Shown here: positions 9,147 to 18,349 of the stretch, in pieces | How the letters are laid out: every line of letters begins with the position of its first letter | Position numbering within the stretch: position 1 is the stretch's first letter | Assembly: GCA_013152325.1 (NCBI GenBank) | Contig: JAADGN010000045.1 | Location: 18,310 to 82,309 of the forward strand | Length of the DNA stretch: 64,000 bases | DNA from: Chloroflexota bacterium | GTDB taxonomy: Bacteria; Chloroflexota; Anaerolineae; Anaerolineales; Villigracilaceae | Direction: 5' to 3' | The notes under the pieces: generated by a model | Seen by the model: only the letters and a program-made list of their open reading frames with translations | The model's database searches: none | What the model was told of the DNA's origin: nothing | Translations under genes and position numbers: made by a program

Positions 9147-9353
9147 GGTAAACAAGAGAAAGCAACACGGCGCAGCCCGGTCACTCCGCCAATGCGGCGA
9201 CCGGGCGTCGACGAAAAAGTCATTCCGTTCCGACCGTTCTGATTGTCCCCTCCGCCCCGCCGCCACAACTGATATCGATAAAGAAGGGGATCACCGACCC
9301 GGCTCTGCAGCGAAAGTCAGGCAGCTGAGCCATACCCGCGAAACGAGGTTTCC

Positions 9354-10754
9354 ATGCAACAGCACAACGAAGATGTACCCACGCTGGATTTTCTGGGCGC
9401 GACCGGAACCGTGACCGGCTCCCGCTTCCTGCTGCGGGTGAACGGCAAGCGGTACCTGGTGGATTGCGGTTTATTCCAGGGAGGCCGGAAAATCAAGGCC
9501 AAAAACTGGGAACCTTTTCCCGTCCCGCCGGAAGATATCGACGCCATCCTGCTCACCCATGCCCACATCGATCACACCGGCTATCTGCCGCGCCTGGTGC
9601 GCCAGGGCTATCGAGGGCCGGTGTACGCCACCGAGGCCACCTGCGCCCTGCTGGAGATCATGCTGCCCGATGCGGGATACCTGCAGGAACAGGACGCGGC
9701 CTACGCCAACAAGAAGGGCTACAGCCGCCACAAACCCGCGCTGCCGCTCTACACCGTGGCCGACGCGGAACAGGCGCTGGGCCTGCTGAACCCCCTGTCC
9801 TTCGGCCAGCCCCTGGCGCTGGACGACGTCACCGTCACCTGGCGTCCGGCGGGCCACATCCTCGGTTCGGCCATCCTGGAGGTCGAAGCGGGCGGTCAAA
9901 AGCTGGTCTTCTCCGGCGACCTGGGCCGCTACGACGGCGAGGTGATGCAGCCGCCGGCCCGCGTCGAGCAGGCCGATGTGCTGCTGGTCGAATCCACCTA
10001 CGGGAACCGGCTGCACGCCGACGAACCGATCCAGGACGTGCTGGCGGGGGTATTAAAGGAAGTCATCCGGCAGGGCGGCGTGTTGCTCGTCCCCGCTTTT
10101 ACGGTGGGGCGCACGCAGCAACTGCTGTACCACGTCCGCCAGTTGCAGGACCAGGGGCGCGTCCCGGCGGATCTGCCGGTCTTCATCGACAGCCCGATGG
10201 CCGTGGAGGCCAGTCACATCTACTGCCGCTTCGGGGACGACCACAACCTGGACATCAACCTGCTGATGGACGAGCAAACCTGTCCCCTGCGCTGCCGGGA
10301 GACGCATTTCGTGCGCGACGTGGCGGCATCCAAGGAGCTCAATGTCATGCCCGGCCCGGCCATGATCCTTTCCGCCAGCGGGATGTGCACCGGCGGACGC
10401 ATTCTGCACCACCTGAAATGGCGTCTGCCCGACCAACGCAACGTGGTGCTCTTCGTCGGCTACCAGGCGGAAGGGACGCGCGGCCGCCGGCTGTTGGAAG
10501 GCGCGGAACGGGTGCGCATCCACGGCGAGAGCGTCCCGGTACGCGCCCGCATCGTTCAGGCGCACGCGCTCTCCGGTCATGCCGACCGCGATGAGATCCT
10601 GCGCTGGCTCTCCGGCTTCAACCAGCCGCCGCGCCAGACTTTCATCGTGCACGGGGAGCCTTCATCCAGCGCTGCCCTGCAAGGACATATCCGCCGCAAA
10701 TTGGGCTGGGAGGCGGTCGTCCCGGAGCAGGGTGAACGCTTTCCTCTCGAATAA
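9354..10754 (+). CDS. MBL-fold beta-CASP family hydrolase (RNA-metabolising metallo-beta-lactamase)
   Basis: 466 aa with HAHIDHTGYLPRL (HxHxDH), a beta-CASP region, and the late motif ALSGHADRDEILRWL. Confidence 0.85.
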   Translation: MQQHNEDVPTLDFLGATGTVTGSRFLLRVNGKRYLVDCGLFQGGRKIKAKNWEPFPVPPEDIDAILLTHAHIDHTGYLPRLVRQGYRGPVYATEATCALLEIMLPDAGYLQEQDAAYANKKGYSRHKPALPLYTVADAEQALGLLNPLSFGQPLALDDVTVTWRPAGHILGSAILEVEAGGQKLVFSGDLGRYDGEVMQPPARVEQADVLLVESTYGNRLHADEPIQDVLAGVLKEVIRQGGVLLVPAFTVGRTQQLLYHVRQLQDQGRVPADLPVFIDSPMAVEASHIYCRFGDDHNLDINLLMDEQTCPLRCRETHFVRDVAASKELNVMPGPAMILSASGMCTGGRILHHLKWRLPDQRNVVLFVGYQAEGTRGRRLLEGAERVRIHGESVPVRARIVQAHALSGHADRDEILRWLSGFNQPPRQTFIVHGEPSSSAALQGHIRRKLGWEAVVPEQGERFPLE

Positions 10755-10821
10755 ACCCGGCGGCGTTGCCGGGCATCCCCCCACCGAAATTCCAACCACA
10801 TATCGCGAAAGGAGTTTTTCC

Positions 10822-11088
10822 ATGAACACGACCCTCAATTTCCGAGCCACAGTCTACACGCTTTTGATCGCCCTGATAAGCAGTTATGTGCTGTGCATCG
10901 CCGGCGACCTGCTCTTCGGCTGGACGATGTACCAGGCCTGGCTGCCATTGCTGCCGGGCTTCACCTGGCCGCTGACGACGGGCGGCTTCCTGGTCGGCCT
11001 GCTCTGGCTGGTCGGCTACAGCGTGTACGGCGCGGCCCTGCTGGTGCTGCCCTACAACTACTTCGTGCAGCGCCAGGCCGGGAAGTAG
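10822..11088 (+). CDS. small two/three-helix membrane protein, unknown function
   Basis: MNTTLNFRATVYTLLIALISSYVLCIAGDLLFGWTMYQAWLPLLPGFTWPL... AAAGGAG lies upstream of the ATG at 10822; the upstream part of the track ORF overlaps the previous gene. Confidence 0.6.
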   Translation: MNTTLNFRATVYTLLIALISSYVLCIAGDLLFGWTMYQAWLPLLPGFTWPLTTGGFLVGLLWLVGYSVYGAALLVLPYNYFVQRQAGK

Positions 11089-11173
11089 CTTTCTCCCCCT
11101 CCCATTCCCTTCCCGCCCATTTGCATCACGGGCGGGAAGGGAAACCCGCCAATTCGTTCGGCAAGGAGACGTT

Positions 11174-12502
11174 ATGTCCACCACCCCTGCTCACCCCATG
11201 TCAGATCGAGCCGCCACGTTGACGCGCGAGATACTGAGCCAACTCTTCGGACCTCCCGACCAGTGGAATTTCGCCGTGCGTTTCTGGAACGGCGCAACCC
11301 TGCCGGCAGGAAACGGTCCGGCGCCGTTCACCCTGGTGTTCCAGCACCCCGGCACGCTGCGGCGCATGTTCCGTCCGCCGCTCGAACTGGCGTTGGGCGA
11401 GGCCTTCATTTGCGGCGACTTCGACATCGAGGGAAGCGTCCACAGCGCGGTAACCCAGATGGACGCCCTCAGGCAGAACGCGTTTTCCGCCTCCGACCTG
11501 TTCGCGCTGGCGCGTCGCCTGATCGTGCTGCCGAAAGGCACAGGGCCGCGTTACCACGGCCGCGGGCCGGCGCGGCTGGCCGGGTCACGCCACTCCCGTC
11601 AGCGCGATCGCGCTGCCATCCACTACCATTACGACGTGGGCAACGATTTCTACGCCCTCTGGCTCGACCGCAACATGACCTACTCGTGCGCCTACTTCCC
11701 CACCGGTACGGAGAGCCTGGACAGCGCCCAGGAGCAGAAATACGAGCTGATCTGCAAAAAACTGCGCTTGCAGCCCGGCGAACGCCTGCTGGACATCGGC
11801 TGCGGCTGGGGCGGGCTGGTCATGTACGCGGCCCGGCATTACGGCGTGACCGCGCTGGGCGTGACGTTGAGCGAACAACAGGTCGCGTATGCCGCCGAAC
11901 GCATCGCCGCCTCCGGCCTGCAAGACCAGGCGCAAGTCGAACTGCGGGATTACCGCGACCTGCGCGACGCGTCTTTCGACAAAGTGGTCAGCGTGGGCAT
12001 GTTCGAGCACGTCGGAGAGAACCACCTGCCCGAATACTTCGGCCAGGTCTACCGCCTGCTCAAACCGGGCGGGCTGTTCCTCAATCACGGCATCTCGCGG
12101 CGGCCCCAAAAAGCGCCCCGGGGGTGGGCCGCCTTTGTCGAACGGTACATTCTGGGCGCGGGGACGTTCATCCAGCGCTACATTTTCCCGGATGGCGAAT
12201 TGGTGCCGGTCAGCGCGGTCAACCTGGCTGCGGAGTGGGCCGGTTTCGAAGTGCGGGACGTGGAAAACCTGCGCGAGCACTACGCGCTCACGCTGCGACA
12301 TTGGGTCGCTCGCCTGGAAGCCCATCACGACGAGGCGGTGCGCGTTGCCAGCGAAGCGACGTACCGCACCTGGCGGCTGTACATGGCGGCCTCGGCGCGC
12401 GGTTTCGACACGGGGCAGATCAACGTCAACCAGACCCTGCTGGCGAAACTGGCCGACGGACGAAGCGGCCTGCCCTGGTCAAGAGCTGATCTTCGCACGT
12501 AA
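11174..12502 (+). CDS. cfa: cyclopropane-fatty-acyl-phospholipid synthase family SAM methyltransferase
   Basis: HYDVGNDFYALWLDRNMTYSCAYF and LLDIGCGWGGL motifs, with the typical CFA-synthase C-terminus. AAGGAGA lies upstream. Confidence 0.85.
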   Translation: MSTTPAHPMSDRAATLTREILSQLFGPPDQWNFAVRFWNGATLPAGNGPAPFTLVFQHPGTLRRMFRPPLELALGEAFICGDFDIEGSVHSAVTQMDALRQNAFSASDLFALARRLIVLPKGTGPRYHGRGPARLAGSRHSRQRDRAAIHYHYDVGNDFYALWLDRNMTYSCAYFPTGTESLDSAQEQKYELICKKLRLQPGERLLDIGCGWGGLVMYAARHYGVTALGVTLSEQQVAYAAERIAASGLQDQAQVELRDYRDLRDASFDKVVSVGMFEHVGENHLPEYFGQVYRLLKPGGLFLNHGISRRPQKAPRGWAAFVERYILGAGTFIQRYIFPDGELVPVSAVNLAAEWAGFEVRDVENLREHYALTLRHWVARLEAHHDEAVRVASEATYRTWRLYMAASARGFDTGQINVNQTLLAKLADGRSGLPWSRADLRT

Positions 12503-12562
12503 ACACAACCCACTCGGCCCGCCGTCCGCCGCCGGGCCTCATCTCACTCCAGGAAAACTACG

Positions 12563-13633
12563 ATGTACGACGCGATCATTGTGGGCGCGAGTTTCGCCGG
12601 TCTGGCGATTGCCAATCAACTGCGCGGCCGCCGCGTCCTGCTGATCGACCGCAAGCCCATCGGCGCGGGCCAGACTTCGGCCTGCGGGACGATCTGGCAG
12701 GTACTGCGCTATTGGGACCTGGCCGAGGCCGTCCTGCAAGTCCACGACGGGCTGGTGCTGCACACCGCCCGGCGCGCCATCGAGTTCCCCTCGCCCTATC
12801 CCTGGTGCACTTTCGATTACCGCCGCCTGTGCGAAATCCTGTTCCAGCGCAGCGGGGCTGATTTCCTTCAGGCCGCGGTGCAAGGCGCGGACGGGAAGAC
12901 GGTGCACACCAATCGCGGGGATTTCAGCGCCCGCTGCCTGGTGGACGCTTCCGGCTGGCGGGCGGTATTGGCGACATCGCTCCTCCCCGATTTCGCGCCG
13001 GATGACATGAATTTTGGCATCGAGACCATCGTCTCCCCGCCGGAGGACGCGCCGGCCTCCACCATGCTGCATTTCTGGTACGCTCCAACACTCCTGCAGG
13101 ACGGCCTGGGATGGGTCTTCCCACGCGGCGAGACCGTCAGCATCGGCGTGGGGGCTTACGACGGCGCGACGCATTTGAGCGATACGCTGACGCGCTTTGC
13201 CGCGCGCCACGCGGTCTCGCCCGACGGTTTGCACGGCACCTATTTTCCGAAGGCGCTGCGTGCGCCAACCGCCGGGGACGTTTTCGTGGTCGGCGACGCG
13301 GCGGGAATGTGCCTCGCGTTGACCGGCGAGGGCATCCGCCCGGCGCTGTTCTTCGGCGAGGCCTGCGGCCGCATCGTCCGGCGGGTGCTGACCGGCGAGT
13401 TGACGCTGGACGCCGGGCTGAACGAGTACGAGGCGTTCGTCCGGGAGCGCCGCGTCCTCTTCCGTCTCTTCACCGCGCTCCAGTCCCTTCTGCCCCGCCT
13501 GCCCGTGTCCTGGATCAACGCGATAGCGCTCGTCGTGAGACACGACCGCCTGCGCCCGTGGGTGCTGGACAGGTACTGGGACCTGACCCGCACCTGGGAT
13601 GGAAAAACGATGGACCCTGACGGGAAAATGTGA
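12563..13633 (+). CDS. FAD-dependent oxidoreductase (geranylgeranyl-reductase-like)
   Basis: N-terminal dinucleotide fold MYDAIIVGASFAGLAIANQL and a later GDAAG motif (VVGDAAGMC). Confidence 0.75.
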   Translation: MYDAIIVGASFAGLAIANQLRGRRVLLIDRKPIGAGQTSACGTIWQVLRYWDLAEAVLQVHDGLVLHTARRAIEFPSPYPWCTFDYRRLCEILFQRSGADFLQAAVQGADGKTVHTNRGDFSARCLVDASGWRAVLATSLLPDFAPDDMNFGIETIVSPPEDAPASTMLHFWYAPTLLQDGLGWVFPRGETVSIGVGAYDGATHLSDTLTRFAARHAVSPDGLHGTYFPKALRAPTAGDVFVVGDAAGMCLALTGEGIRPALFFGEACGRIVRRVLTGELTLDAGLNEYEAFVRERRVLFRLFTALQSLLPRLPVSWINAIALVVRHDRLRPWVLDRYWDLTRTWDGKTMDPDGKM

Positions 13634-13665
13634 TCTGTGCTTCCCCCTCGACCAAGGCCTGGTGT

Positions 13666-14154
13666 TCAGGCCAACAAGCGCATGATGATGATGCCGTCTT
13701 CGACCTTGTACTCGTAACGATCCAGGGGACGCGGCGGAGGCCCCTTGGTGACGTTGCCCTCGATGTCATAGCGCCCGTCATGGCAGGGACAGATGTACTC
13801 CTGGGCGTCCGTGTGCCAAGCCACCCGGCAACTGAGATGCGTGCAGACATTGGAGAACACGACCAGGTCCGTCTCGGATTTGCGCCACACATAAACACCG
13901 TAGGAATTGGAGGTCTTCTCCCAACCGTTGACCCTCGCCCGCGTAAAGGTGAAGAGCGCGGGCGCGCCGACGGGATAGTCCGTCAACTTGCCCAACGGGA
14001 TCCAATCATCCAATTTCTGGGTTTTCACAGCAGGCCCAATCAGGTAGCCGATGATGGGCAGACCGACGACGGCCCCCATGATCGAACCCAGGAGCAGCGT
14101 GACGAATTTGACAAATTCCCTCCTGCTGAGACGTGAGCCGGATTTCGCCGTCAT
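13666..14154 (-). CDS. Rieske [2Fe-2S] protein with Tat-type signal anchor
   Basis: CTHLSCRV...CPCHDGRY Rieske boxes and N-terminal SRLSRREFVKFVTLLLG. The ATG at 14154 lies 2 nt after the upstream stop. Confidence 0.9.
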   Translation of the reverse strand: MTAKSGSRLSRREFVKFVTLLLGSIMGAVVGLPIIGYLIGPAVKTQKLDDWIPLGKLTDYPVGAPALFTFTRARVNGWEKTSNSYGVYVWRKSETDLVVFSNVCTHLSCRVAWHTDAQEYICPCHDGRYDIEGNVTKGPPPRPLDRYEYKVEDGIIIMRLLA

Positions 14155-14156
14155 TG

Positions 14157-14501
14157 CTAGCTCCTTAAAGTCGGAGAGAACGCGTCCTGGATGGTCTGCG
14201 TCAGCTCTTCGGCTTGTGGACATTCCTCTCCCCAACTCAAGTACGTGGCCCCGTCATGCCCATGCGCGACCAGCGAGACCGGCCGGTCGGCGGTGAGATA
14301 GATGAGCAGCACGATCATCTGGCAGTCGCATTCCGCCATCCCGTGATGGGGGCAGGTGCAGCCTGGGTGTACTGCCCGCGCACGTTGAAAGTCGAACGAG
14401 CGCACCACCTGGAAACCGGAGTCGGCCAAGTGCCGCGTCAAGCGCGCGATGACGGCTTCGCAGTCGTCGGAGACGTTGAACAGGGGAACGGATGGGGTCA
14501 T
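14157..14501 (-). CDS. uncharacterised Cys/His-rich small protein, paralog B (VVRSFDF...CTCPHHG-x5-CDCQMIVLLIY)
   Basis: 114 aa from the ATG at 14501. The predicted promoter at 14524-14552 excludes the longer track start at 14552. It aligns with 8611-8979. Confidence 0.75.
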   Translation of the reverse strand: MTPSVPLFNVSDDCEAVIARLTRHLADSGFQVVRSFDFQRARAVHPGCTCPHHGMAECDCQMIVLLIYLTADRPVSLVAHGHDGATYLSWGEECPQAEELTQTIQDAFSPTLRS

Positions 14502-14523
14502 GAAGGGTGTGCCTCTTGTCACG

Positions 14524-14552
14524 AGTATAAGGAGTCCGCCCGCAATCCCCAA
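14524..14552 (-). promoter_or_regulatory. predicted promoter P2-minus (TTGGGG-17-TATACT)
   Basis: On the minus strand: -35 at 14552-14547, 17-nt spacer, -10 at 14529-14524. It lies 23 nt from repeat site 2. Confidence 0.6.
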
Positions 14553-14575
14553 GCGCTATTTGACGCATCGCCGGG

Positions 14576-14591
14576 TAAGCCATTTTGCCTA
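14576..14591. promoter_or_regulatory. 7-2-7 inverted repeat, site 2 (TAAGCCA-TT-TTGCCTA)
   Basis: Read directly. The same half-sites and central TT occur at the other four sites. Confidence 0.7.
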
Positions 14592-14724
14592 TAACAGGGC
14601 AATGGCATAAGCAAAACCGCCTACAACAAAACAGGCCAAATAACCGGTGTCTCCTCCAGCAGATGCGGTTATCTTTTAAACAGCCCCTGACTGGAGGCCA
14701 AAACAATTAAGGAGAAAATATCTT

Positions 14725-15171
14725 ATGTCCAAAACCATTTCACCCAAATACCTGCTGATTGCAGCAGTCTTTGTCGTTTCCGCGTTGGCGCTGACCGCCT
14801 GTGGAAGCGCCGGCGCGAACACGCCTGATGTTGTGGAAGTCCAGGTCACGTTGACCGAATTCGCCTTCGAATCATCGATCACGACCTTCGAAGTGGGCGT
14901 ACCCTACCGTTTCGTGATCACCAACAAGGGCGCGATACCGCACGAGCTGATGATCATTCCAAAATTGGACAAGTCTGCCTCAGACGCTGACATGGAAGCG
15001 ATAGACGAACTGGCGCTGGCCGTTGTCGAAGAAGACGAGTTGCCTGCCGGAGCGACGGCTACGCTTGATTACACCTTCACCGAACCGGCCGATTCCGGCA
15101 AGTTGGAATTCGCCTGCTACCTGCCCGGGCACTATGAATCCGGCATGTACCTGCCGATCACGGTGCGCTAA
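14725..15171 (+). CDS. lipoprotein with type-1 (blue) copper cupredoxin domain
   Basis: Lipobox ALALTAC. Cupredoxin ligands are H (GAIPHEL) and C-x4-H-x4-M (FACYLPGHYESGM). AAGGAGAA lies upstream. Confidence 0.8.
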   Translation: MSKTISPKYLLIAAVFVVSALALTACGSAGANTPDVVEVQVTLTEFAFESSITTFEVGVPYRFVITNKGAIPHELMIIPKLDKSASDADMEAIDELALAVVEEDELPAGATATLDYTFTEPADSGKLEFACYLPGHYESGMYLPITVR

Positions 15172-15193
15172 CGCGTAAAAGTTGCTGCGCGCC

Positions 15194-15230
15194 AAACCGC
15201 CGGACGCCTGTGTTCAGTGTCCGGCGGTTT
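15194..15230 (+). terminator. rho-independent terminator after the cupredoxin lipoprotein gene
   Basis: AAACCGCCGGAC (15194-15205) / GTCCGGCGGTTT (15219-15230), followed by CATTATT. Confidence 0.65.
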
Positions 15231-15250
15231 CATTATTCGACGCCCCCCTG

Positions 15251-15266
15251 TAAGCCATTTTGCCTG
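15251..15266. promoter_or_regulatory. 7-2-7 inverted repeat, site 3 (TAAGCCA-TT-TTGCCTG)
   Basis: Read directly. It lies 23 nt upstream of ATGTCT. Confidence 0.7.
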
Positions 15267-15289
15267 CCCAAGGACGCGCAAAGTGAGGG

Positions 15290-15318
15290 ATGTCTTGCAG
15301 CCCAAAATTGTGTATGAT
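15290..15318 (+). promoter_or_regulatory. predicted promoter P3 (ATGTCT-17-TATGAT) for the ABC/FtsX operon
   Basis: -35 at 15290-15295, 17-nt spacer, -10 at 15313-15318. The ATG at 15342 follows AAAGGAG. Confidence 0.6.
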
Positions 15319-15341
15319 AGGAATGTGCAAAGGAGTATGCC

Positions 15342-16454
15342 ATGACCGTCCCTCTCGCCCGCCGCAACATCTTTCACGAAAAAGGCAAACTGGCCCTGAG
15401 CGTGGCCGGGGTGGCCGCCTCGCTGGCGCTCATCCTGCTCCTGATGGGCTTCAAGGAGGGCCTCTACGCCACCCTGACCGCCTACGTGGACAACATCGGC
15501 GCGGACCTGATCGTCGCCCAAAGCGGCGTGCAGGGCATGTTCTCCTCGAACTCGGCGCTGGCGCTGGACATCCACGACGCGGCCGCGGCGGCTGGCGGCG
15601 CGGAACAGGCCGGTCACATCATCATCTCGGACATCATCTTCACCCGCGGCGAGACCAAGACCCCCGTCCTGCTGGTCGGCTACGACCCGCAGACCACCTT
15701 CGGCAGCCCCTGGGAGATCGGCGCCGGTCGCGGCGTCGAGAGGGCGGGCGAAATCCTGCTCGATACCTACCTGGCCCAGCGCAGCGACATCGCCCTGGGC
15801 GACCGCGTCGACGTGCTGGGACGGGATTTCACCGTCGTCGGGCTGACGCGCGGCACCTCCTCCTGGATGAGCCCCTATATCTTCCTCTCGCTGGACGACG
15901 CCGAGGCCGCCCTGGGACTCTCCGGCATCGTCAGTTATCACCTGCTGCGCCTGCCGGAGGGCGTGGACCCGCAGGAGGCCGCCAAGGCGGTCGAAGCCGC
16001 CGTCCCCGGCGTGGACGCCATGACGCCGGACGAGATCGCCAGCGCCGACCGCCGCGTGCTCGCCAACATCATGGACACGCCCATCAACGTGATGCTCTTC
16101 ATCGGCGTGATCATCGGCATCGCAGTGATGAGCCTGACCGCCTACACCGCCGTGGCCGACCAGATGCGCGAGTACGGCGTGCTCAAGGCCATTGGCGCCA
16201 GCCGCGCCCGCCTGATGCGTCTGGTCGCAGCGGAGACGCTCATCCGCGCCGGGCTGGGGTACCTTCTGGGGACAGGCCTCTCGCTGCTGACGGCGGCGCT
16301 CATCATGGCCCGCTGGCCGCAGTTCAGCATCCTCATCCGCCCGGAGACCATCCTGCAAGCCGGCGGGCTGACCCTGCTGATGAGCCTGGTCGCCGCCCTG
16401 CTGCCCATCCGGCGGCTGGACCAGATCGACCCGCTGCTGGTGTTTAAAACGTAA
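15342..16454 (+). CDS. ABC transporter permease, FtsX/MacB-like
   Basis: 370 aa with an N-terminal TM, a large extracytoplasmic domain, and C-terminal FtsX-type helices (REYGVLKAIGASRARL). Confidence 0.85.
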   Translation: MTVPLARRNIFHEKGKLALSVAGVAASLALILLLMGFKEGLYATLTAYVDNIGADLIVAQSGVQGMFSSNSALALDIHDAAAAAGGAEQAGHIIISDIIFTRGETKTPVLLVGYDPQTTFGSPWEIGAGRGVERAGEILLDTYLAQRSDIALGDRVDVLGRDFTVVGLTRGTSSWMSPYIFLSLDDAEAALGLSGIVSYHLLRLPEGVDPQEAAKAVEAAVPGVDAMTPDEIASADRRVLANIMDTPINVMLFIGVIIGIAVMSLTAYTAVADQMREYGVLKAIGASRARLMRLVAAETLIRAGLGYLLGTGLSLLTAALIMARWPQFSILIRPETILQAGGLTLLMSLVAALLPIRRLDQIDPLLVFKT

Positions 16455-16460
16455 TTTAAT

Positions 16461-16499
16461 TTGAAGTGACCGGCACTTTGAAAGTGCCGGTCACTTCAA
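16461..16499 (+). other. perfect 39-nt palindrome / long hairpin between the two permease genes
   Basis: TTGAAGTGACCGGCACTTT-G-AAAGTGCCGGTCACTTCAA. No U-tract follows; the next RBS (GGAGAA) comes immediately after. Confidence 0.8.
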
Positions 16500-16511
16500 G
16501 CTGGAGAACTC

Positions 16512-17624
16512 ATGTTCAAACTCGCCTGGCACAATCTCACCCATGAGCGCACCCGCCTCGCCATCAGCGTGGGCGGCGTGGCGCTGGCCGTGCTGCTCAT
16601 CCTGATCATGGCGGGCGTGTTCGCCGGTTCGGAGGAGCACGCCGTCGCCTACATCAAGAACCAGCCCGCCCCGCTGTGGCTGATGCAGGAGGGCGTCGCC
16701 AACATGCACATGTCCTCCTCCATCCTGCCGCCGGATGCGGTCGTGCGGGCGCGCGCCGTCGAAGGCGTCCGGGAGGCCGTCGGGTTGCTGTACGCCAACG
16801 CCGGCGTGGACGTGGGCGGCAGCCTGATCTACAGCTACATCTTTGCGGTGGAGAACGGCGCCCCCTTCGGCGGTCCCTGGAAACTGGCCGAGGGCACCGC
16901 CAACCTGGAACCGGACGAGGCCATCATCGACAAGGAGCTGGCCGCCCGTTACGGCATCGGCCTGGGCGATACCGTCGAGATATTGGGGTATGACCTGACC
17001 CTGGCCGGGCTGAGCGAGGGGACGTTCGGCATCGCCACCAGCATCTCCTTCGTCAACAAGCAGGTGCTGGCCGCCCTGATGGGCGTCCCGCCGGAGGCCG
17101 CCAGTTACATCCTCGTCCAGCCCGAACCGGGCGTGGACCTGGGGGCCCTCGCCGACCGCCTGCGGGAGGCCGTCCCTGAAGCCAACCTGATGACCCAGGA
17201 AGCCTTCGCCGCCAGCGACCAGGAGATGATCCGTCAGATGGGGGCCGACATCCTGCAGGCCATGAATATCGTGGCCTACATCGTCGGGCTGCTGGTCATC
17301 GGGCTGACGATCTACACCGCCACCCTGGAGCGCGCCCGCGAGTACGGTGTGCTGAAAGCCATCGGCGCGAACACCTTCCACCTGATGCAGGTCGTCTTCG
17401 TACAGGCCTTCATCAGCACCGCGCTGGGCTTCGCGGCCGGCGTCGGGTTGTCCTACGCGGTCGCCGCGCTGGTGAGCCGCCTGTACCCCGAAATGCTGGT
17501 GCTGATCGAACCGGAGACCCTGCTGCAACAGATCCCCGTGCTGCTGGTCGTGACCGGCCTGGCCGCCCTGCTCCCGCTGGGACGCATCGCCCGCCTGGAT
17601 CCGGTCTCGGTTTTCAAGGCATGA
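16512..17624 (+). CDS. ABC transporter permease, FtsX/MacB-like (second copy)
   Basis: 370 aa with the same architecture as 15342-16454 (REYGVLKAIGANTFHL). Confidence 0.85.
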   Translation: MFKLAWHNLTHERTRLAISVGGVALAVLLILIMAGVFAGSEEHAVAYIKNQPAPLWLMQEGVANMHMSSSILPPDAVVRARAVEGVREAVGLLYANAGVDVGGSLIYSYIFAVENGAPFGGPWKLAEGTANLEPDEAIIDKELAARYGIGLGDTVEILGYDLTLAGLSEGTFGIATSISFVNKQVLAALMGVPPEAASYILVQPEPGVDLGALADRLREAVPEANLMTQEAFAASDQEMIRQMGADILQAMNIVAYIVGLLVIGLTIYTATLERAREYGVLKAIGANTFHLMQVVFVQAFISTALGFAAGVGLSYAVAALVSRLYPEMLVLIEPETLLQQIPVLLVVTGLAALLPLGRIARLDPVSVFKA

Positions 17625-18349
17625 AAATGGAGAATCCTATGGACAACGTCCTCGAATTGCAAAGCGTGACCAAAACTTACGGCAGCGGACACACCGCCGT
17701 CACCGCCGTACGCGGCGCGGACCTGCGGGTGCGCCCCGGCGAGATCGTGCTCATCATGGGGCCATCAGGCAGCGGCAAGACCACCCTGCTCAGCATGGCC
17801 GGACTGCTGCTGGGCCCCAGCGCGGGACACATCTCGGTCGTCGGGCGGGAGGTCAACGGCCTGAGCCAGCGTCAACTGGCCGCGCTGCGCCTGCGCAAAC
17901 TGGGATTCGTCTTCCAGGCCTACAACCTGCTGGGCGCGCTGACCGCCCGCGAGAACGTGGAACTGGTGATGAACCTGGCCGGGAAGCGCGGCGCTCCCGC
18001 CCGCCAGCGCGCCGGGGAACTGCTCGACATGCTGGGGCTGGGACACCGCCTGAACCACCGCCCCGCCGACCTCTCCGGCGGCGAGAAGCAGCGCGTCGCC
18101 ATCGCCCGCGCCCTCGCCAACGACCCGCCCCTCATCCTGGCCGACGAACCCACCGGCAACCTGGACAGCAAGACCGGGCGCGAGGTGATGGAGCTGCTCT
18201 GCTGCGGCCTGGGGCGCGATCAGGGGCGCGCCATCGTCATCGTCACCCACGACCACCGCCTGAAGGAGATCGCCGACCGCGTGCTGTGGCTGGAGGACGG
18301 ACGCCTGAGCCGCGTCCCTGACGGCGAGGCCGCCTATGCAGCAGCGTGA
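17621..18349 (+). CDS. ABC transporter ATP-binding protein (MacB/LolD-like)
   Basis: Walker [10 protein letters not shown], signature [15 protein letters not shown], Walker B LILADEPT. Its ATG overlaps the permease stop (ATGA). Confidence 0.9.
   Translation: MKMENPMDNVLELQSVTKTYGSGHTAVTAVRGADLRVRPGEIVLIMGPSGSGKTTLLSMAGLLLGPSAGHISVVGREVNGLSQRQLAALRLRKLGFVFQAYNLLGALTARENVELVMNLAGKRGAPARQRAGELLDMLGLGHRLNHRPADLSGGEKQRVAIARALANDPPLILADEPTGNLDSKTGREVMELLCCGLGRDQGRAIVIVTHDHRLKEIADRVLWLEDGRLSRVPDGEAAYAAA

Noticed and set aside
9118-9414. 98-aa ORF in the leader of the beta-CASP gene
   Set aside because: It starts inside the predicted -35 box, has no RBS, and is Arg/Ser/Pro-rich. The ~200-nt leader does contain a stem-loop (GCCCGGTC...GACCGGGC, about 9176-9207) that I could not assign to anything.
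14592-14724. A plus-strand regulon promoter for the cupredoxin lipoprotein gene driven by repeat site 2
   Set aside because: Applying the 23-nt/17-nt geometry on the plus strand gives AACCGC and AAATAA, which are both poor. I therefore do not claim that site 2 is bidirectional, and this gene's promoter remains unidentified.
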